63,826 nucleotides of DNA, taken from the sequence record SRR20825010_708; one strand, 5' to 3'. This document shows positions 26,451-36,833 of this stretch, one piece after another. The position numbers and the translations under genes are program-made. Under the pieces are notes generated by a model. It had not been told where the DNA came from. It saw only the letters and a list, made by a program, of their open reading frames with translations, and made no database searches. Positions within the stretch are counted from its first letter, which is position 1. Each line of letters begins with the position of its first letter.

Positions 26451-28001
26451 ATGGCCAGAAATAAGACGATTTTAGTTCTGTCTATCACGAGCTCGCTATT
26501 TGCAGGTTGTGCCATCCAACCCCAATCGCCTGTTGACGATCTCCCACCGCCCGCCGCCGGAGGCCCAGCCGATCATATTATCGACAGCGACAGCATTGGC
26601 TTTTACACCGAGGGCAACTGGACTCGCTCTACATCCGTTTCTGGCTACCAAGGCGACCACTACCTGCAATCTGCGCCCGGATCGGGCAATAATGTTGCCA
26701 CCTGGAACCTGAACATCATCAGAACCTTTGACGTGTATGCAAAGTGGACCTCCTCAGGGCTGAGGGGCTCCAACGTTAAATACGTCGTTCACTACCTTGA
26801 TGATCGGGACAACCTTGTTACGGAGACGGTCACCGTCGATCAGAGACAAAACAGTGGTGAATGGGTGAAGCTCGGCACCTACCGAATGTCCACCCTTACA
26901 GGGCGCGTAACCGTCAGCGATGACGCCGACGGTTACGTGGTTGCCGATGCGGTGATGTTCCGTGAGATTGGAATTGGTGACGATCAGGATGATGACGTTC
27001 CAGCTACCGGTGACAGCGACGGCGATGGCATTGACGACGAATGGGAGCGGCAATATGGGCTTAACCCAGACGACCCGTCTGATGCCGGTCAGGACCTGGA
27101 TGGCGATGGGCTCTCCAACAAAGACGAGTTTGTTTTCCTCACGGATCCAACGATTGGCGATACTGACGCCGACGGTATCCCGGACGGCTTCGAAGTGGCC
27201 TACGGCCTGGATCCCACCGTTGATGACTCGGGGCTGGACTCTGACGCAGACGGCCTGACGAATTTTCAGGAATACCTGGCTGATACAGACCCCAACGACG
27301 ATACCAGCGGCCTCGCCAGCAACTCTGTATTGCTGACCTGGGAGGCTCCTACCGAGAGAGTCGATGGCAGCGCTCTCAGCCAAAGCGATATTGCCGAGTA
27401 CGAACTGTCGTACCAGCGAGCATCTTCGTCGGCGGACATGACCATCGATAACACAGACTCCGAGTTCGTCTCTTATGGCGGCGGCCGCGAATCCACAGGC
27501 TATGGCGGATTCATTGGCGACAACTATTTCATTATGAATCCCGGCTCTGGCGAAGTCAGTGCGCAGTGGCAGGTTTACGAGCTTAGCTCAGGGACGGAGT
27601 ACGAGCTTTATGGGCATTGGGTATCCACTCCATTGCGCGCGCCCGATGCGGAGTACAGGTACACCTATACGTCTTCGAACGGCTCACAAACTACCGAAGC
27701 TGTAACGGTTGATCAGCGGGAAAACGGGGGCTCCTGGCAACTGCTCGGAACCTTTGTCAGCGGAGGTTCCCAAGCGGTGGTGGAAATAGACAATGATTCA
27801 GACGGCTACGTGATCGCGGATGCCATAAGGCTAACCGGTTCGTCAGCAACGGAGAATACCGTATCAATCGAACCAGGACGCCACAACAGCCACATCCTCA
27901 AGGATCTGGAGAGCGGCGAGTGGCAATTCAAGATCCGGGCGGTTGACTCCAATGGCCTGACAAGTGAGTACTCGGAGATTGCAACACGCACGATTGAATA
28001 G
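26451..28001 (+). CDS. Lipoprotein with two Golvesin/xanthan-lyase-CBD-like modules, DxDxDG Ca-binding repeats and an FN3-like domain
   Basis: Lipobox FAGC; two repeats ending TVDQRxNxGxWxxLGT...DGYVxADA; four DxDxDG repeats; LTWEAP...IAEYELSY and LKDLESGEWQFKIRAVDSNGLTSEYS (FN3). Confidence 0.75.
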   Translation: MARNKTILVLSITSSLFAGCAIQPQSPVDDLPPPAAGGPADHIIDSDSIGFYTEGNWTRSTSVSGYQGDHYLQSAPGSGNNVATWNLNIIRTFDVYAKWTSSGLRGSNVKYVVHYLDDRDNLVTETVTVDQRQNSGEWVKLGTYRMSTLTGRVTVSDDADGYVVADAVMFREIGIGDDQDDDVPATGDSDGDGIDDEWERQYGLNPDDPSDAGQDLDGDGLSNKDEFVFLTDPTIGDTDADGIPDGFEVAYGLDPTVDDSGLDSDADGLTNFQEYLADTDPNDDTSGLASNSVLLTWEAPTERVDGSALSQSDIAEYELSYQRASSSADMTIDNTDSEFVSYGGGRESTGYGGFIGDNYFIMNPGSGEVSAQWQVYELSSGTEYELYGHWVSTPLRAPDAEYRYTYTSSNGSQTTEAVTVDQRENGGSWQLLGTFVSGGSQAVVEIDNDSDGYVIADAIRLTGSSATENTVSIEPGRHNSHILKDLESGEWQFKIRAVDSNGLTSEYSEIATRTIE

Positions 28002-28008
28002 GGCGTGA

Positions 28009-29172
28009 CTAAAACTCCTTCAGACTCAAAAGGATACGACCTATGAGCGTAACGTCTGCGGACGTTACGTTTTCATGGGTAGGCAGCGTCAGTAAACGCG
28101 ATGCAAAATCACTGGCCACCGGGTAATCCCTACCCTCAACTTCCGCTTCGACACCGTCTATCTGCGGTAGTGTTCGCTCATAAAAAGCGCTTGCTCCAAT
28201 GCCTGCCGAATTCAGAGCCGCTATCGCCCGATCACGCATGTCTTTGCTGGGCGCCAGAACGGGATAACGGAGCAAAGGAACCGGCTGCTGCAGATCGTTA
28301 CGGGACATTTCCGACCTATCGCTGGTCAGGCATTTCCATCCCCGAGCTTCAAGCCCTGCCAACTCAGTGTCATAACGTTGATGGATCAATGGTCGTAACT
28401 GAAAATCACGCAGGCCAGCCTGTAGGACGCTCTCTGGAAGATCAAGACGGGAAATGGTGACCAGTCTGTGAAATTTGGTCTCGCCAATGCCCAGGAAAGG
28501 CAGCCGCTCCAGCACGTAGTAAGGTAATCGCCTCATCAGAAGGTTAAACACGAAACGCTTGATCAACCATGCCATCCCAACCTTCAACACCGACACAGGG
28601 TGCTGGGCAACAGACTCTTCCGCTTGGCCAGCAAGGTCTGTACGAACCAGCAAAGCGCCCCCTCCCATCAGGTTGATGGGCTTTCCTCGCCCAAAACTCA
28701 GCACAACAAGATCCGCATGCGGTTTAAAGGCGCTTGCAGGCGGGAAACACTGAGCTGAGTCTTCGATAAGAAACAGATTGTGCTCCCGGCAGATGCCCGA
28801 GAGCTCTTCCAGACGCTCCGGAATGCCAAGGAAACCCACCCCTACCACGGCAACCGTCGAAGCTGTTATTGCCTCCCGAATCCAGGTATCGCTCATATAT
28901 GCGCAATCCGGAAGCAAATCCACCAAAACCGGCCTGGCACCCTGGGCAACAATTGCCGACACCAGATCCGGGCAACCGTAGGCGGGAATAATCACCTCGG
29001 GTGTAGAAACCTGAGAATGGCGACGAATGGCAATCGCAACCGCCAGTGACAGCGCTTCAGTACCGGAGCCCATGAACTCAGTATGGTAAGGCGCTGCCCA
29101 AGGCAACTCCTGGCGCTCACGAATACGGGGAAACGGGACAGGGCTTCCGACCGGGCGCAACTTACCCTTCAT
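28009..29172 (-). CDS. DegT/DnrJ/EryC1/StrS family PLP aminotransferase (amino-sugar synthesis)
   Basis: SGTEAL, VIIPAYGC, LIEDSAQ, SFGRGKP (PLP Lys), LLTLPTH. Confidence 0.85.
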   Translation of the reverse strand: MKGKLRPVGSPVPFPRIRERQELPWAAPYHTEFMGSGTEALSLAVAIAIRRHSQVSTPEVIIPAYGCPDLVSAIVAQGARPVLVDLLPDCAYMSDTWIREAITASTVAVVGVGFLGIPERLEELSGICREHNLFLIEDSAQCFPPASAFKPHADLVVLSFGRGKPINLMGGGALLVRTDLAGQAEESVAQHPVSVLKVGMAWLIKRFVFNLLMRRLPYYVLERLPFLGIGETKFHRLVTISRLDLPESVLQAGLRDFQLRPLIHQRYDTELAGLEARGWKCLTSDRSEMSRNDLQQPVPLLRYPVLAPSKDMRDRAIAALNSAGIGASAFYERTLPQIDGVEAEVEGRDYPVASDFASRLLTLPTHENVTSADVTLIGRILLSLKEF

Positions 29173-29193
29173 TGAACAGACCTCGATTGGCCA

Positions 29194-30330
29194 TCAACGC
29201 TTTGAGGGTGTCCATACCGTCATCCTGCGCCCGGCAAAAAAGCTCACGGTTGCGTGGGCAACCGCCAGATTGACCTGAACAAAGAAATAGGGAATCTTCA
29301 CCAGGGTGTGCTTACGCAACTCCGGCGCGAAATGCCCCGCCAGAACACACCCATAAAAAGCCAGCTGTAGCATCAATGCCAGAACGTAGATACCACCCTT
29401 CCCCACGACGGCAAACGAGACCAAAAGCAACAACGCCTGAAACCACGGAACGGCCCACCGCATCAGCTTGTGACCGAAAACCTGGAACGCAAAACGGCCA
29501 AACCTGAACGGATTGAGCACCTCGGGATGCCGGCTCAACGCCGTCAGCCCCCGGATGATGGTGCGCACCTTACGCTGATATTCCTTCGAGGCGTCCGCCA
29601 CATCCTGATAGAACCCAAGGACGTCCGGCGCCGTTACAGCCACCAGCCCCCTTCGGGCACTGTTTAAGGCAGTATTGAAATCACTGGGGGAATAGATATC
29701 CCAGTTTTCCTGGCACACTTCCTTGCGGGCAGCAAAGAAGGAGCCGCTCAGCCCTACAAGCCCTGCCCGTTTTGATTCCAGGCCCCGCAGCCACATCTCG
29801 TAACGCACGTAGGCACCTTCACCCACCACACTGCCATCCCGGCTGATGAAGCGATCCTCGCTGGACACAGCGCCCACAGTGGGGTCATTAAAATAAGCCA
29901 CCATGCGGCCAATCGCGTCTTCGGGAATCGACGTTGCAACGTCTGAAAAGATCAGGATATCGCCGGTTGCGGTATTGATCGCCTGCAGTTGAGCGTGCTC
30001 CTTTCCCTTCCGCTCCTCGGCACGGGCCAACTTCACACCGCGATTAGAGTACTCGCCCACGATCTGGTCGGTTTCGTCGCTGGAGGCATCCGAAGCAACA
30101 ATGATTTCCAGGCCCTGGTAGTCCAAAGCTAGGCAGTTCTCGATTTTGTCACGGATTCGGTGGGCTTCATTATGAGCCGTCACGATGAGGGAAACGGCCG
30201 GTGGAGTACCGGACTGGGAATGCTCGCGCTCCGCTTCCGGACGACGGGGCATAAAGCGAAGAATCAATGGATAAATAAAGTAGCTGAAAAGCGCTCCAAT
30301 TGCCGCAAACCAGAATAGAATAACCAGCAT
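29194..30330 (-). CDS. Glycosyltransferase family 2, membrane-associated
   Basis: SLIVTAHNE, ASDASSD, FSDV, EYQRKVR, flanking TM helices. Start placed at ATG 30330. Confidence 0.9.
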   Translation of the reverse strand: MLVILFWFAAIGALFSYFIYPLILRFMPRRPEAEREHSQSGTPPAVSLIVTAHNEAHRIRDKIENCLALDYQGLEIIVASDASSDETDQIVGEYSNRGVKLARAEERKGKEHAQLQAINTATGDILIFSDVATSIPEDAIGRMVAYFNDPTVGAVSSEDRFISRDGSVVGEGAYVRYEMWLRGLESKRAGLVGLSGSFFAARKEVCQENWDIYSPSDFNTALNSARRGLVAVTAPDVLGFYQDVADASKEYQRKVRTIIRGLTALSRHPEVLNPFRFGRFAFQVFGHKLMRWAVPWFQALLLLVSFAVVGKGGIYVLALMLQLAFYGCVLAGHFAPELRKHTLVKIPYFFVQVNLAVAHATVSFFAGRRMTVWTPSKR

Positions 30331-30457
30331 CGCTCCCAATCCCTGTGAACCCTTGTGGATGACATCTCTGCACACTACTGGCAGAATCGCTATGGCGATA
30401 AACTATACATGGACGAACAAGCCAAAACCATTGGCGAAGCCGACGGAGGCCCAAGGC

Positions 30458-31489
30458 GTGGCATTCTTCAGATCCCTTGTTAAATCAGGTGCGCTTTCCA
30501 TACTGGCGTGCTACGGCTGGCTGCGCGTCCGTCTCTCAAAAAAGCCAACGCTCCTGATCCTCACTTACCACCGAATTCTCCCGGCGGATGCACCCGAGCG
30601 TGCCGTTGAGCAACCGGGTATGGTCACCAGCCCGCAGTCACTCGAAAACCATATCAGGTTTGCCCGTAAACTTGGGGCGGAACCCGTCCACCTTTCCGAC
30701 TGGCTTGACCGTAACAGGCAAGGCAAGTCGCTTCCAAAGCTAGCGGTTGCCTTCACCTTTGACGATGGCTGGCAAGACAACTACCAGTACGCCTATCCAA
30801 CTCTCAAAGCACAGAACGCCCCGGCAACGATCTTCCTGGTCACTCAAATGATCGACACCGGCAACACCTTCTGGCCGGAACAGGTGCTCAGCCTACTGAC
30901 CACACAGACCATTCCCGAGAATGACTCATCCTTCGACTGGCTGCGACCTCACCTGCCTAGTGGGCCAACCCCTGGTGCAAATCGCCCTCTTTCCCTTATG
31001 GAAGCGGACGAAGTGATCGCGCGACTGAAGTCACTCGAAGATGTGGCGATCCTTGAGGCTCTTGAACAGGTTTACACATCGCATCCGGATATCGCCCCCA
31101 CGGAAACCTCCAGATCCATTCTCAGCGGCTCGGAACTGGCTGAAATGGCGCAAAACGGTCTTGTGATGTATGGCGCGCACACCAGGCACCATTACCGCCT
31201 GAACCGCCTGAAAGATGAAAAATCGCTAAAAGAAGAAATCGTGGACTGCCTTAAGGACCTCAAACCCCTGGGCGATGCCGCCATACCAGTGTTCTGTTAT
31301 CCCAATGGCGACATAACCGGCAAAGGTGAAGACCTGGTCTCCGATACCTACAAGGCAGCATGCACAACCAAAACCGGCTGGAATGTTGCCGGGTGCAATC
31401 CTTATGATCTTCACCGCTTTAACCTCCATGACGGCAACAGCCACAGTACACGTACCTTACTGGCGACAATCGGACGCGGTCTTTTATGA
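30458..31489 (+). CDS. Polysaccharide deacetylase (CE4/NodB)
   Basis: LTYHRI, FTFDDGW, GAHTRHH, FCYPNG. Start at GTG 30458 after GGAGG. Confidence 0.88.
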   Translation: MAFFRSLVKSGALSILACYGWLRVRLSKKPTLLILTYHRILPADAPERAVEQPGMVTSPQSLENHIRFARKLGAEPVHLSDWLDRNRQGKSLPKLAVAFTFDDGWQDNYQYAYPTLKAQNAPATIFLVTQMIDTGNTFWPEQVLSLLTTQTIPENDSSFDWLRPHLPSGPTPGANRPLSLMEADEVIARLKSLEDVAILEALEQVYTSHPDIAPTETSRSILSGSELAEMAQNGLVMYGAHTRHHYRLNRLKDEKSLKEEIVDCLKDLKPLGDAAIPVFCYPNGDITGKGEDLVSDTYKAACTTKTGWNVAGCNPYDLHRFNLHDGNSHSTRTLLATIGRGLL

Positions 31490-32598
31490 CGCAGAGTGAG
31501 GCCAGACGGGTTGTAACGCATGTGGTGTCCGGCGATTTATGGGCAGGTGCCGAGGTACAGGTATATAACCTTTGCCGGGCACTACAGGCCACGGATCAGA
31601 TTTCACCGACAGCGGTAGTCTTCAACACCGGCATCCTGCACGATAAACTGCGCGAACTGGACATCCCCGTCACCCTGGCGGATGAGACAAAACTTGGTCC
31701 GATAGCCATTGCCCGTAGCATCGCTTCTCATTGTAGAGAACACGAAACCGGGATCGTGCACACCCACGGTTTCAAGGAAAACGTGCTCGGCATTCTCGGA
31801 AAGGAGCTGGCGCGGGTGCCGGCCTCCGTTCGCACTGTGCATGGCAACCCGGAAACCGCCTTTACCCTGAAACGCCCTCACAAATGGTTGGTTCAGAAAC
31901 TGGACATTGTCCTGGGTAGATTACGGCAACAGGCGATTATTGCGGTGTCTACCCAACTGGAGGTAAGACTGGGGAGACTGTTTCCCGGAAAAGTCCATAA
32001 AATCTATAACTTTATTGACGTGGACAACACCCGTCACGAATGGAAGATACCGACCGAAACAAATAGCAAAACGCCCCGTATTGGCATTGTTGGGCGCCTG
32101 GTGCCCGTCAAACGGGTTGATATCTTTATCAGAACCATGGCCTTGTTAAATCAGCAGGGACAGGCGTGCCAGGGCATCATCATCGGAAGCGGCCCTCTCG
32201 AGCCAGAATTGCGACAACTCGCCATCGACCTGGGCATCTCAGACCGGATAGTTTTCACGGGGTTTGTAAGCCCTGCAGCCGCCGAAATGACGAAGCTTGA
32301 TGTGCTGCTAATGACGTCCGACCATGAGGGCCTGCCGATGACACTCCTAGAGGCCCTGGCACTGGAGATCCCCGTTGTAGCGCACCACGTTGGCGGCATT
32401 CCGGAAGTCTTGGACAATGGGCGTTGCGGGTGGCTGGTTAAGGACCATTCTCCCGAAGGCTATACCCGGACACTAACGCAGATCTTCACCGAAGGCACCG
32501 GGCGTAGGCATAAAACCGATAGTGGCCTGATACACGTTCGCCAACTTTTTGGGGTTGAGGCCAATACGGTTAAGTACACGGACGTTTACAATACATAA
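31486..32598 (+). CDS. Glycosyltransferase family 4
   Basis: WAGAE, VHTHG, VGRLVPVKR, SDHEGLPMTLLEA. Confidence 0.92.
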   Translation: MTQSEARRVVTHVVSGDLWAGAEVQVYNLCRALQATDQISPTAVVFNTGILHDKLRELDIPVTLADETKLGPIAIARSIASHCREHETGIVHTHGFKENVLGILGKELARVPASVRTVHGNPETAFTLKRPHKWLVQKLDIVLGRLRQQAIIAVSTQLEVRLGRLFPGKVHKIYNFIDVDNTRHEWKIPTETNSKTPRIGIVGRLVPVKRVDIFIRTMALLNQQGQACQGIIIGSGPLEPELRQLAIDLGISDRIVFTGFVSPAAAEMTKLDVLLMTSDHEGLPMTLLEALALEIPVVAHHVGGIPEVLDNGRCGWLVKDHSPEGYTRTLTQIFTEGTGRRHKTDSGLIHVRQLFGVEANTVKYTDVYNT

Positions 32599-32673
32599 GC
32601 ACCACAGCATTTGTGATGCCTTTTTCATCATTAAGCCGATCTTTCGCTTAATACACACAGAGTAGACAGGAAC

Positions 32674-33870
32674 ATGCCGAAAATTCTCATGCTGTCGGAT
32701 GTAACCGGACTGGGCCCCGACTACCATGTTGGTGACGAAGCCATGGCGGAAGTCGCTATCGACCGCCTCAGCCAGCTCGTAGGCAAGGATAACCTCATAC
32801 TGGGGTGCGCAAACCCGACGAAGGTTCCGGAAACCTATGGAATCAAGGCATTTGAGTTCTATCACACCCCAGACGATGTATTCCGGGAAATGCGGTGGAA
32901 AAAGCCCCTATCCTACCTGAAGGCGCTCGCGACCAACCTCTATCAGGTACTCAAGTGCGACAAAGTGGTGGTCTGCGGCGGAGGCAACATGACCAGTGTT
33001 TGGACCGGCGTTCTGGAAGCCCGCCTACGCCTGCTTAGAGTGGCGAACTTCTTCAACAAAGACATTTACCTGGTCAGCCAGACCATTGGCCCCTACAACG
33101 ACAGCCATCGCAAACGTGTCGATTCGGTACTGAAAGATGCCAAGTGGATTGGAGTAAGGGATCTCAATTTTTCCCACACCCAAATCAGCAGACCTGTGGA
33201 ATTCGCCCTTGATGATGCCTGCTTTCTGGAGCAACGCCACAACGACTACACACGTAGCATCAGTGAAAAGAACGAGCCCTTCGCCTGCGTCTCAATGCGA
33301 AAATTCGGCGAAATGGACGACGACGCCGTGTTGCGCGTTGCTACCGCCATAGAAAAGGCGATGTCCTCCAATAACGTTAATACGGTTTTCATCCCTCATC
33401 ATGCGCCGCGTGGAACAGAAGGCGACATCAAACTGGCCCATAATATTGAGCATTTATGGCCAACCACTCGATTCCACCTGGTTGATCCAATCCCCCTCGC
33501 CTCTTCCCTCAAAGCGTTGACGGTAGACAGTCAGTTCGTGGTATCCATGCGTTACCATCAACTGATATTTGCGCTGTCCACGGGTGTACCCGCAGTGGGA
33601 ATCTACGTGAATGAGTATACAGAGGCAAAGCTGCGTGGATCGTTTGAAGCCCTCGGACTTAAGCCGCTGGTAACATCCATTGACGACGTGCAACAGAACC
33701 TTGAACCACTGGTAAGGGAGGCTCTTGAGTCGCGGGCTTCATTCGAAGCCGCAGCCCTGAAGGTTCAAGGCAACGCCCAAGCCATCAGTGAGCGCCCCTA
33801 TCGATTGTTGGCCGATGTTAGCGAAGACGCCCAACCCGTCGCATCGGCGAAGGAGGACATCAAGTCGTGA
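32674..33870 (+). CDS. Polysaccharide pyruvyl transferase family protein
   Basis: HVGDEAM, CGGGN, QTIGP, IGVRD, SMRYHQLI. Confidence 0.85.
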   Translation: MPKILMLSDVTGLGPDYHVGDEAMAEVAIDRLSQLVGKDNLILGCANPTKVPETYGIKAFEFYHTPDDVFREMRWKKPLSYLKALATNLYQVLKCDKVVVCGGGNMTSVWTGVLEARLRLLRVANFFNKDIYLVSQTIGPYNDSHRKRVDSVLKDAKWIGVRDLNFSHTQISRPVEFALDDACFLEQRHNDYTRSISEKNEPFACVSMRKFGEMDDDAVLRVATAIEKAMSSNNVNTVFIPHHAPRGTEGDIKLAHNIEHLWPTTRFHLVDPIPLASSLKALTVDSQFVVSMRYHQLIFALSTGVPAVGIYVNEYTEAKLRGSFEALGLKPLVTSIDDVQQNLEPLVREALESRASFEAAALKVQGNAQAISERPYRLLADVSEDAQPVASAKEDIKS

Positions 33871-35027
33871 CAGGGATGATGGTGCTGTTCCATTGCGAGT
33901 CAAACCCAGGGTACGCGGCGTCCAGCCACGAACACACGTTTCTGGAGGTCGCAAAGCATTTTACTACCGATATGGCGGACATTCATTACGCCTACGCCAA
34001 CCTTGATGGCGGGATGACCCCCTCCTTGCCCAAAGAACTAACAAACATACTCCACCTGGACACACGCTGGTCAGCGCCGGAACAGCTTCGTGCCGTAGAA
34101 CGATATATAAAAGAACACAAGATTACCCGGCTGTTGGGTTTCGACCAACCTGTTTCCCGACCAATTTACAAGGCTCTCCGAAACGGAGGTATAAGCACCT
34201 TCGTTTCTTATTGGGGCGCACCAATGAGCTCCCTCAATACGGGATTGAAACTGTTTATAAAAAGGCTCGAGGTGTCCGCGAAACGCCATGGCCCCGACCA
34301 TTATGTGTTTCAGTCGACAGGTATGCGTAATACCGCCGTTGATGGACGCGGAATACCGTTGTCCAAGACGTCCATCGTTAAAACCGGAATTGATACCGCC
34401 AAGTACGCCCCCAACGATACCAAAAAGTACTATGCCCACGAGCAATTGGGCATCCCCAAGGATCGAGAGATTATCGTATTTACTGGGCACATGGAGCGCA
34501 GGAAAGGCGTTCACGTAATACTCCAGGCTGCCAAAGTCCTTACCCAAAACTTGGGTTACAAAAAGGTCCAGTTCCTTATCCTTGGCAACCGCCCCGGCGA
34601 GAAAGAGCACTTTGAGGAATACCTGCAAAACCCCGACGTAAACGATCATCTTACTTTTGGCGGCTACCGAAATGACGTCCCTGATATCCTGAAAAGCTGC
34701 GCCATGGGTATGATTGCGTCGACGGAGTGGGACTCCTTCCCCATGTCCTCACTCGAAATGGCGGCCACGGGGCTCCCCCTATTGGTATCCGCACTGCCTG
34801 GGCTAGACGAGGCAGTAACACCTGAAACAGGCAAAACGTTCCCGGTCGGTAATTACAGTGTCGCAGCTCAGACCTTAAAGGACATGTTAAGTAACCAGGT
34901 GATGAGACTGGCCATGGGCACAGCATCCCGGGAGCGAGTCATAAAACATTACTCAAGAGCCTCCCAGGCAAAGGGCCTGATTAATATCTTTGAAGCACTG
35001 GAAAAAACAACGGAGCATTCGCTGTGA
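33867..35027 (+). CDS. Glycosyltransferase family 4
   Basis: TGID, GHMERRKG, DSFPMSSLE (E-x7-E variant). Confidence 0.88.
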   Translation: MTGMMVLFHCESNPGYAASSHEHTFLEVAKHFTTDMADIHYAYANLDGGMTPSLPKELTNILHLDTRWSAPEQLRAVERYIKEHKITRLLGFDQPVSRPIYKALRNGGISTFVSYWGAPMSSLNTGLKLFIKRLEVSAKRHGPDHYVFQSTGMRNTAVDGRGIPLSKTSIVKTGIDTAKYAPNDTKKYYAHEQLGIPKDREIIVFTGHMERRKGVHVILQAAKVLTQNLGYKKVQFLILGNRPGEKEHFEEYLQNPDVNDHLTFGGYRNDVPDILKSCAMGMIASTEWDSFPMSSLEMAATGLPLLVSALPGLDEAVTPETGKTFPVGNYSVAAQTLKDMLSNQVMRLAMGTASRERVIKHYSRASQAKGLINIFEALEKTTEHSL

Positions 35028-36472
35028 GTCAAGCACAGCAGATGGTTAAACACTCAACCATTTACGCAGTTGGCAACATCTCTCGACAATTGGTCGGCTT
35101 CATTATGTTGCCGATCTATACCCATTATTTAACGCCGGCTGACTACGGGGTTATAGGCCTCCTTGTTTTCCTTGTCAGTCTGTTCGAGGTAGTTCTGGGC
35201 GGGCATATGTTTCAGGCCGTTCCCAAGTTCTACCACCAGGAAGAAACCAAGCTGCTGAAAAATTCAGTGGTATCAACCGCACTTCTGGTGACATCATTCT
35301 TCAGTGGTGTGGCCAGTATTCTAATGGCCAGTTTTTCGGCCCCCCTAGCTGAGGTGGTTTTTGGGAAGGAAGAATATGGCATCTACATCATCATATTCTC
35401 CGCTCTGATAGTTACTCATGCGCTGGAACAATATGGACTGACCTATTTACGGATTGTTAAAAAACCATGGACTTACTTTAACTTCAACATGATAAAACTG
35501 GGCTTACAGCTTGGATTAAACATATTGACGATAGTGGTTCTCGACTGGGGACTTATGGGCCTGGCATTGAGCAGCCTGATATCCTCTGTAATTATAGCGT
35601 TAGCATTGTTGATTTATACGATTTATAAAACAGGCTTTCTTGTCAGAAAGTCCGTCGCTCTATACATCCTGAAATTCAGCTGGCCTCTCTGGATATCAGG
35701 GTTAATAGGCTTGTATATCGGTTCCTCCAATCGCTATTTTATCAGGATTTTTTCATCCCTCGACGAAGTTGGTCTTTTTGAGCTTGCAGCAAAATTCGGT
35801 TCAATTGTATCCATACTGATCTGGCTACCTTTTTCTCAATACTGGCAGACTGAGCGCTTCGAAATTGCGAAGTTGCAGAACCCTTACCCGGACTATTCTA
35901 TGGCATTTCGAATGATTACGGCATTGCTAGTAATTGCGGGTGTCGGTGTGAGCATATTCTCAGGCGTAATAATCAACATCATGTCCGATGAGCTGTTTCA
36001 CACATCGGCTAACGCCATACCCTATCTAGTTATTGCCGGTATTTTTCAGTGCCTAACAATATTTAATAACTTTAGTTTTATGTTAACAGATAGAACTTTA
36101 GAGATTACGAAGAACAATGCAGTAACGGCTGTCGCCATCTCGACATTCTACTTCATATTAATACCATTCTATGGCTTCGTAGGTGCATCAATAGCTTTTG
36201 CTTTGGGATCGATAGTGCAATACACATACGCACTGTACAATGGCAACAAGTTATATCCATTGAAAATTCGACAAACCCCTATGGCCATCTCTATATCTAT
36301 ACTACTAATAGCGACAGTGATCGACCGGAGCCTGACAAACTCTGACTTTACACTTGAAACAATAACTTTAAAGTCTGTTATATTTATTGCGGCGTTTCTT
36401 TCAACTCTGTACTGTTTAAGTAGCAAACCGGAGCGCAAACAACTAGCGACAAAAATATCTAAAAGCCTATAA
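35024..36472 (+). CDS. wzx: Oligosaccharide flippase
   Basis: About 12-14 TM helices, N-terminal FIMLPIYTHYLTPADYG, EVGLFELA, YGFVGASIA. Confidence 0.85.
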   Translation: MSQAQQMVKHSTIYAVGNISRQLVGFIMLPIYTHYLTPADYGVIGLLVFLVSLFEVVLGGHMFQAVPKFYHQEETKLLKNSVVSTALLVTSFFSGVASILMASFSAPLAEVVFGKEEYGIYIIIFSALIVTHALEQYGLTYLRIVKKPWTYFNFNMIKLGLQLGLNILTIVVLDWGLMGLALSSLISSVIIALALLIYTIYKTGFLVRKSVALYILKFSWPLWISGLIGLYIGSSNRYFIRIFSSLDEVGLFELAAKFGSIVSILIWLPFSQYWQTERFEIAKLQNPYPDYSMAFRMITALLVIAGVGVSIFSGVIINIMSDELFHTSANAIPYLVIAGIFQCLTIFNNFSFMLTDRTLEITKNNAVTAVAISTFYFILIPFYGFVGASIAFALGSIVQYTYALYNGNKLYPLKIRQTPMAISISILLIATVIDRSLTNSDFTLETITLKSVIFIAAFLSTLYCLSSKPERKQLATKISKSL

Positions 36473-36833
36473 AATTAGATTAAGGTTATCGGGACTCCAG
36501 CCCTGATAGGATCTAAAGATGGATAAGAAGGGAATGCTGATTGCTAAACCTCCGTCAATTTTAACTTTTTTCGGGCGTCCCTTTCTGCCCCTTGCCAACG
36601 CCCATACGCTTGCGCTTTGACGTGTCGAGAGCTTGACGAACCGCCGGGACAATGCACCGAAGGAGCAACTGTCCCGAGGCTGAAGTTCGAGTAAACACCA
36701 GCCCTCGGTTGCTACCGAAATTTGCCAGAGACATCAAAAAGGCGTTGATGAATTCCTGGTGGATTATTACAGCCGACAAATACTGTCCGGGATTCGTTGA
36801 GCACTGTACTGATCTGAAACGCTGACTCCAAAC

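Noticed and set aside
27010-27300. Repeated GACGGCGA-like sequence as a DNA repeat or CRISPR
   Set aside because: Explained by protein-level DxDxDG repeats; no constant repeat-spacer structure. No CRISPR array, rRNA or tRNA was recognised in the window.
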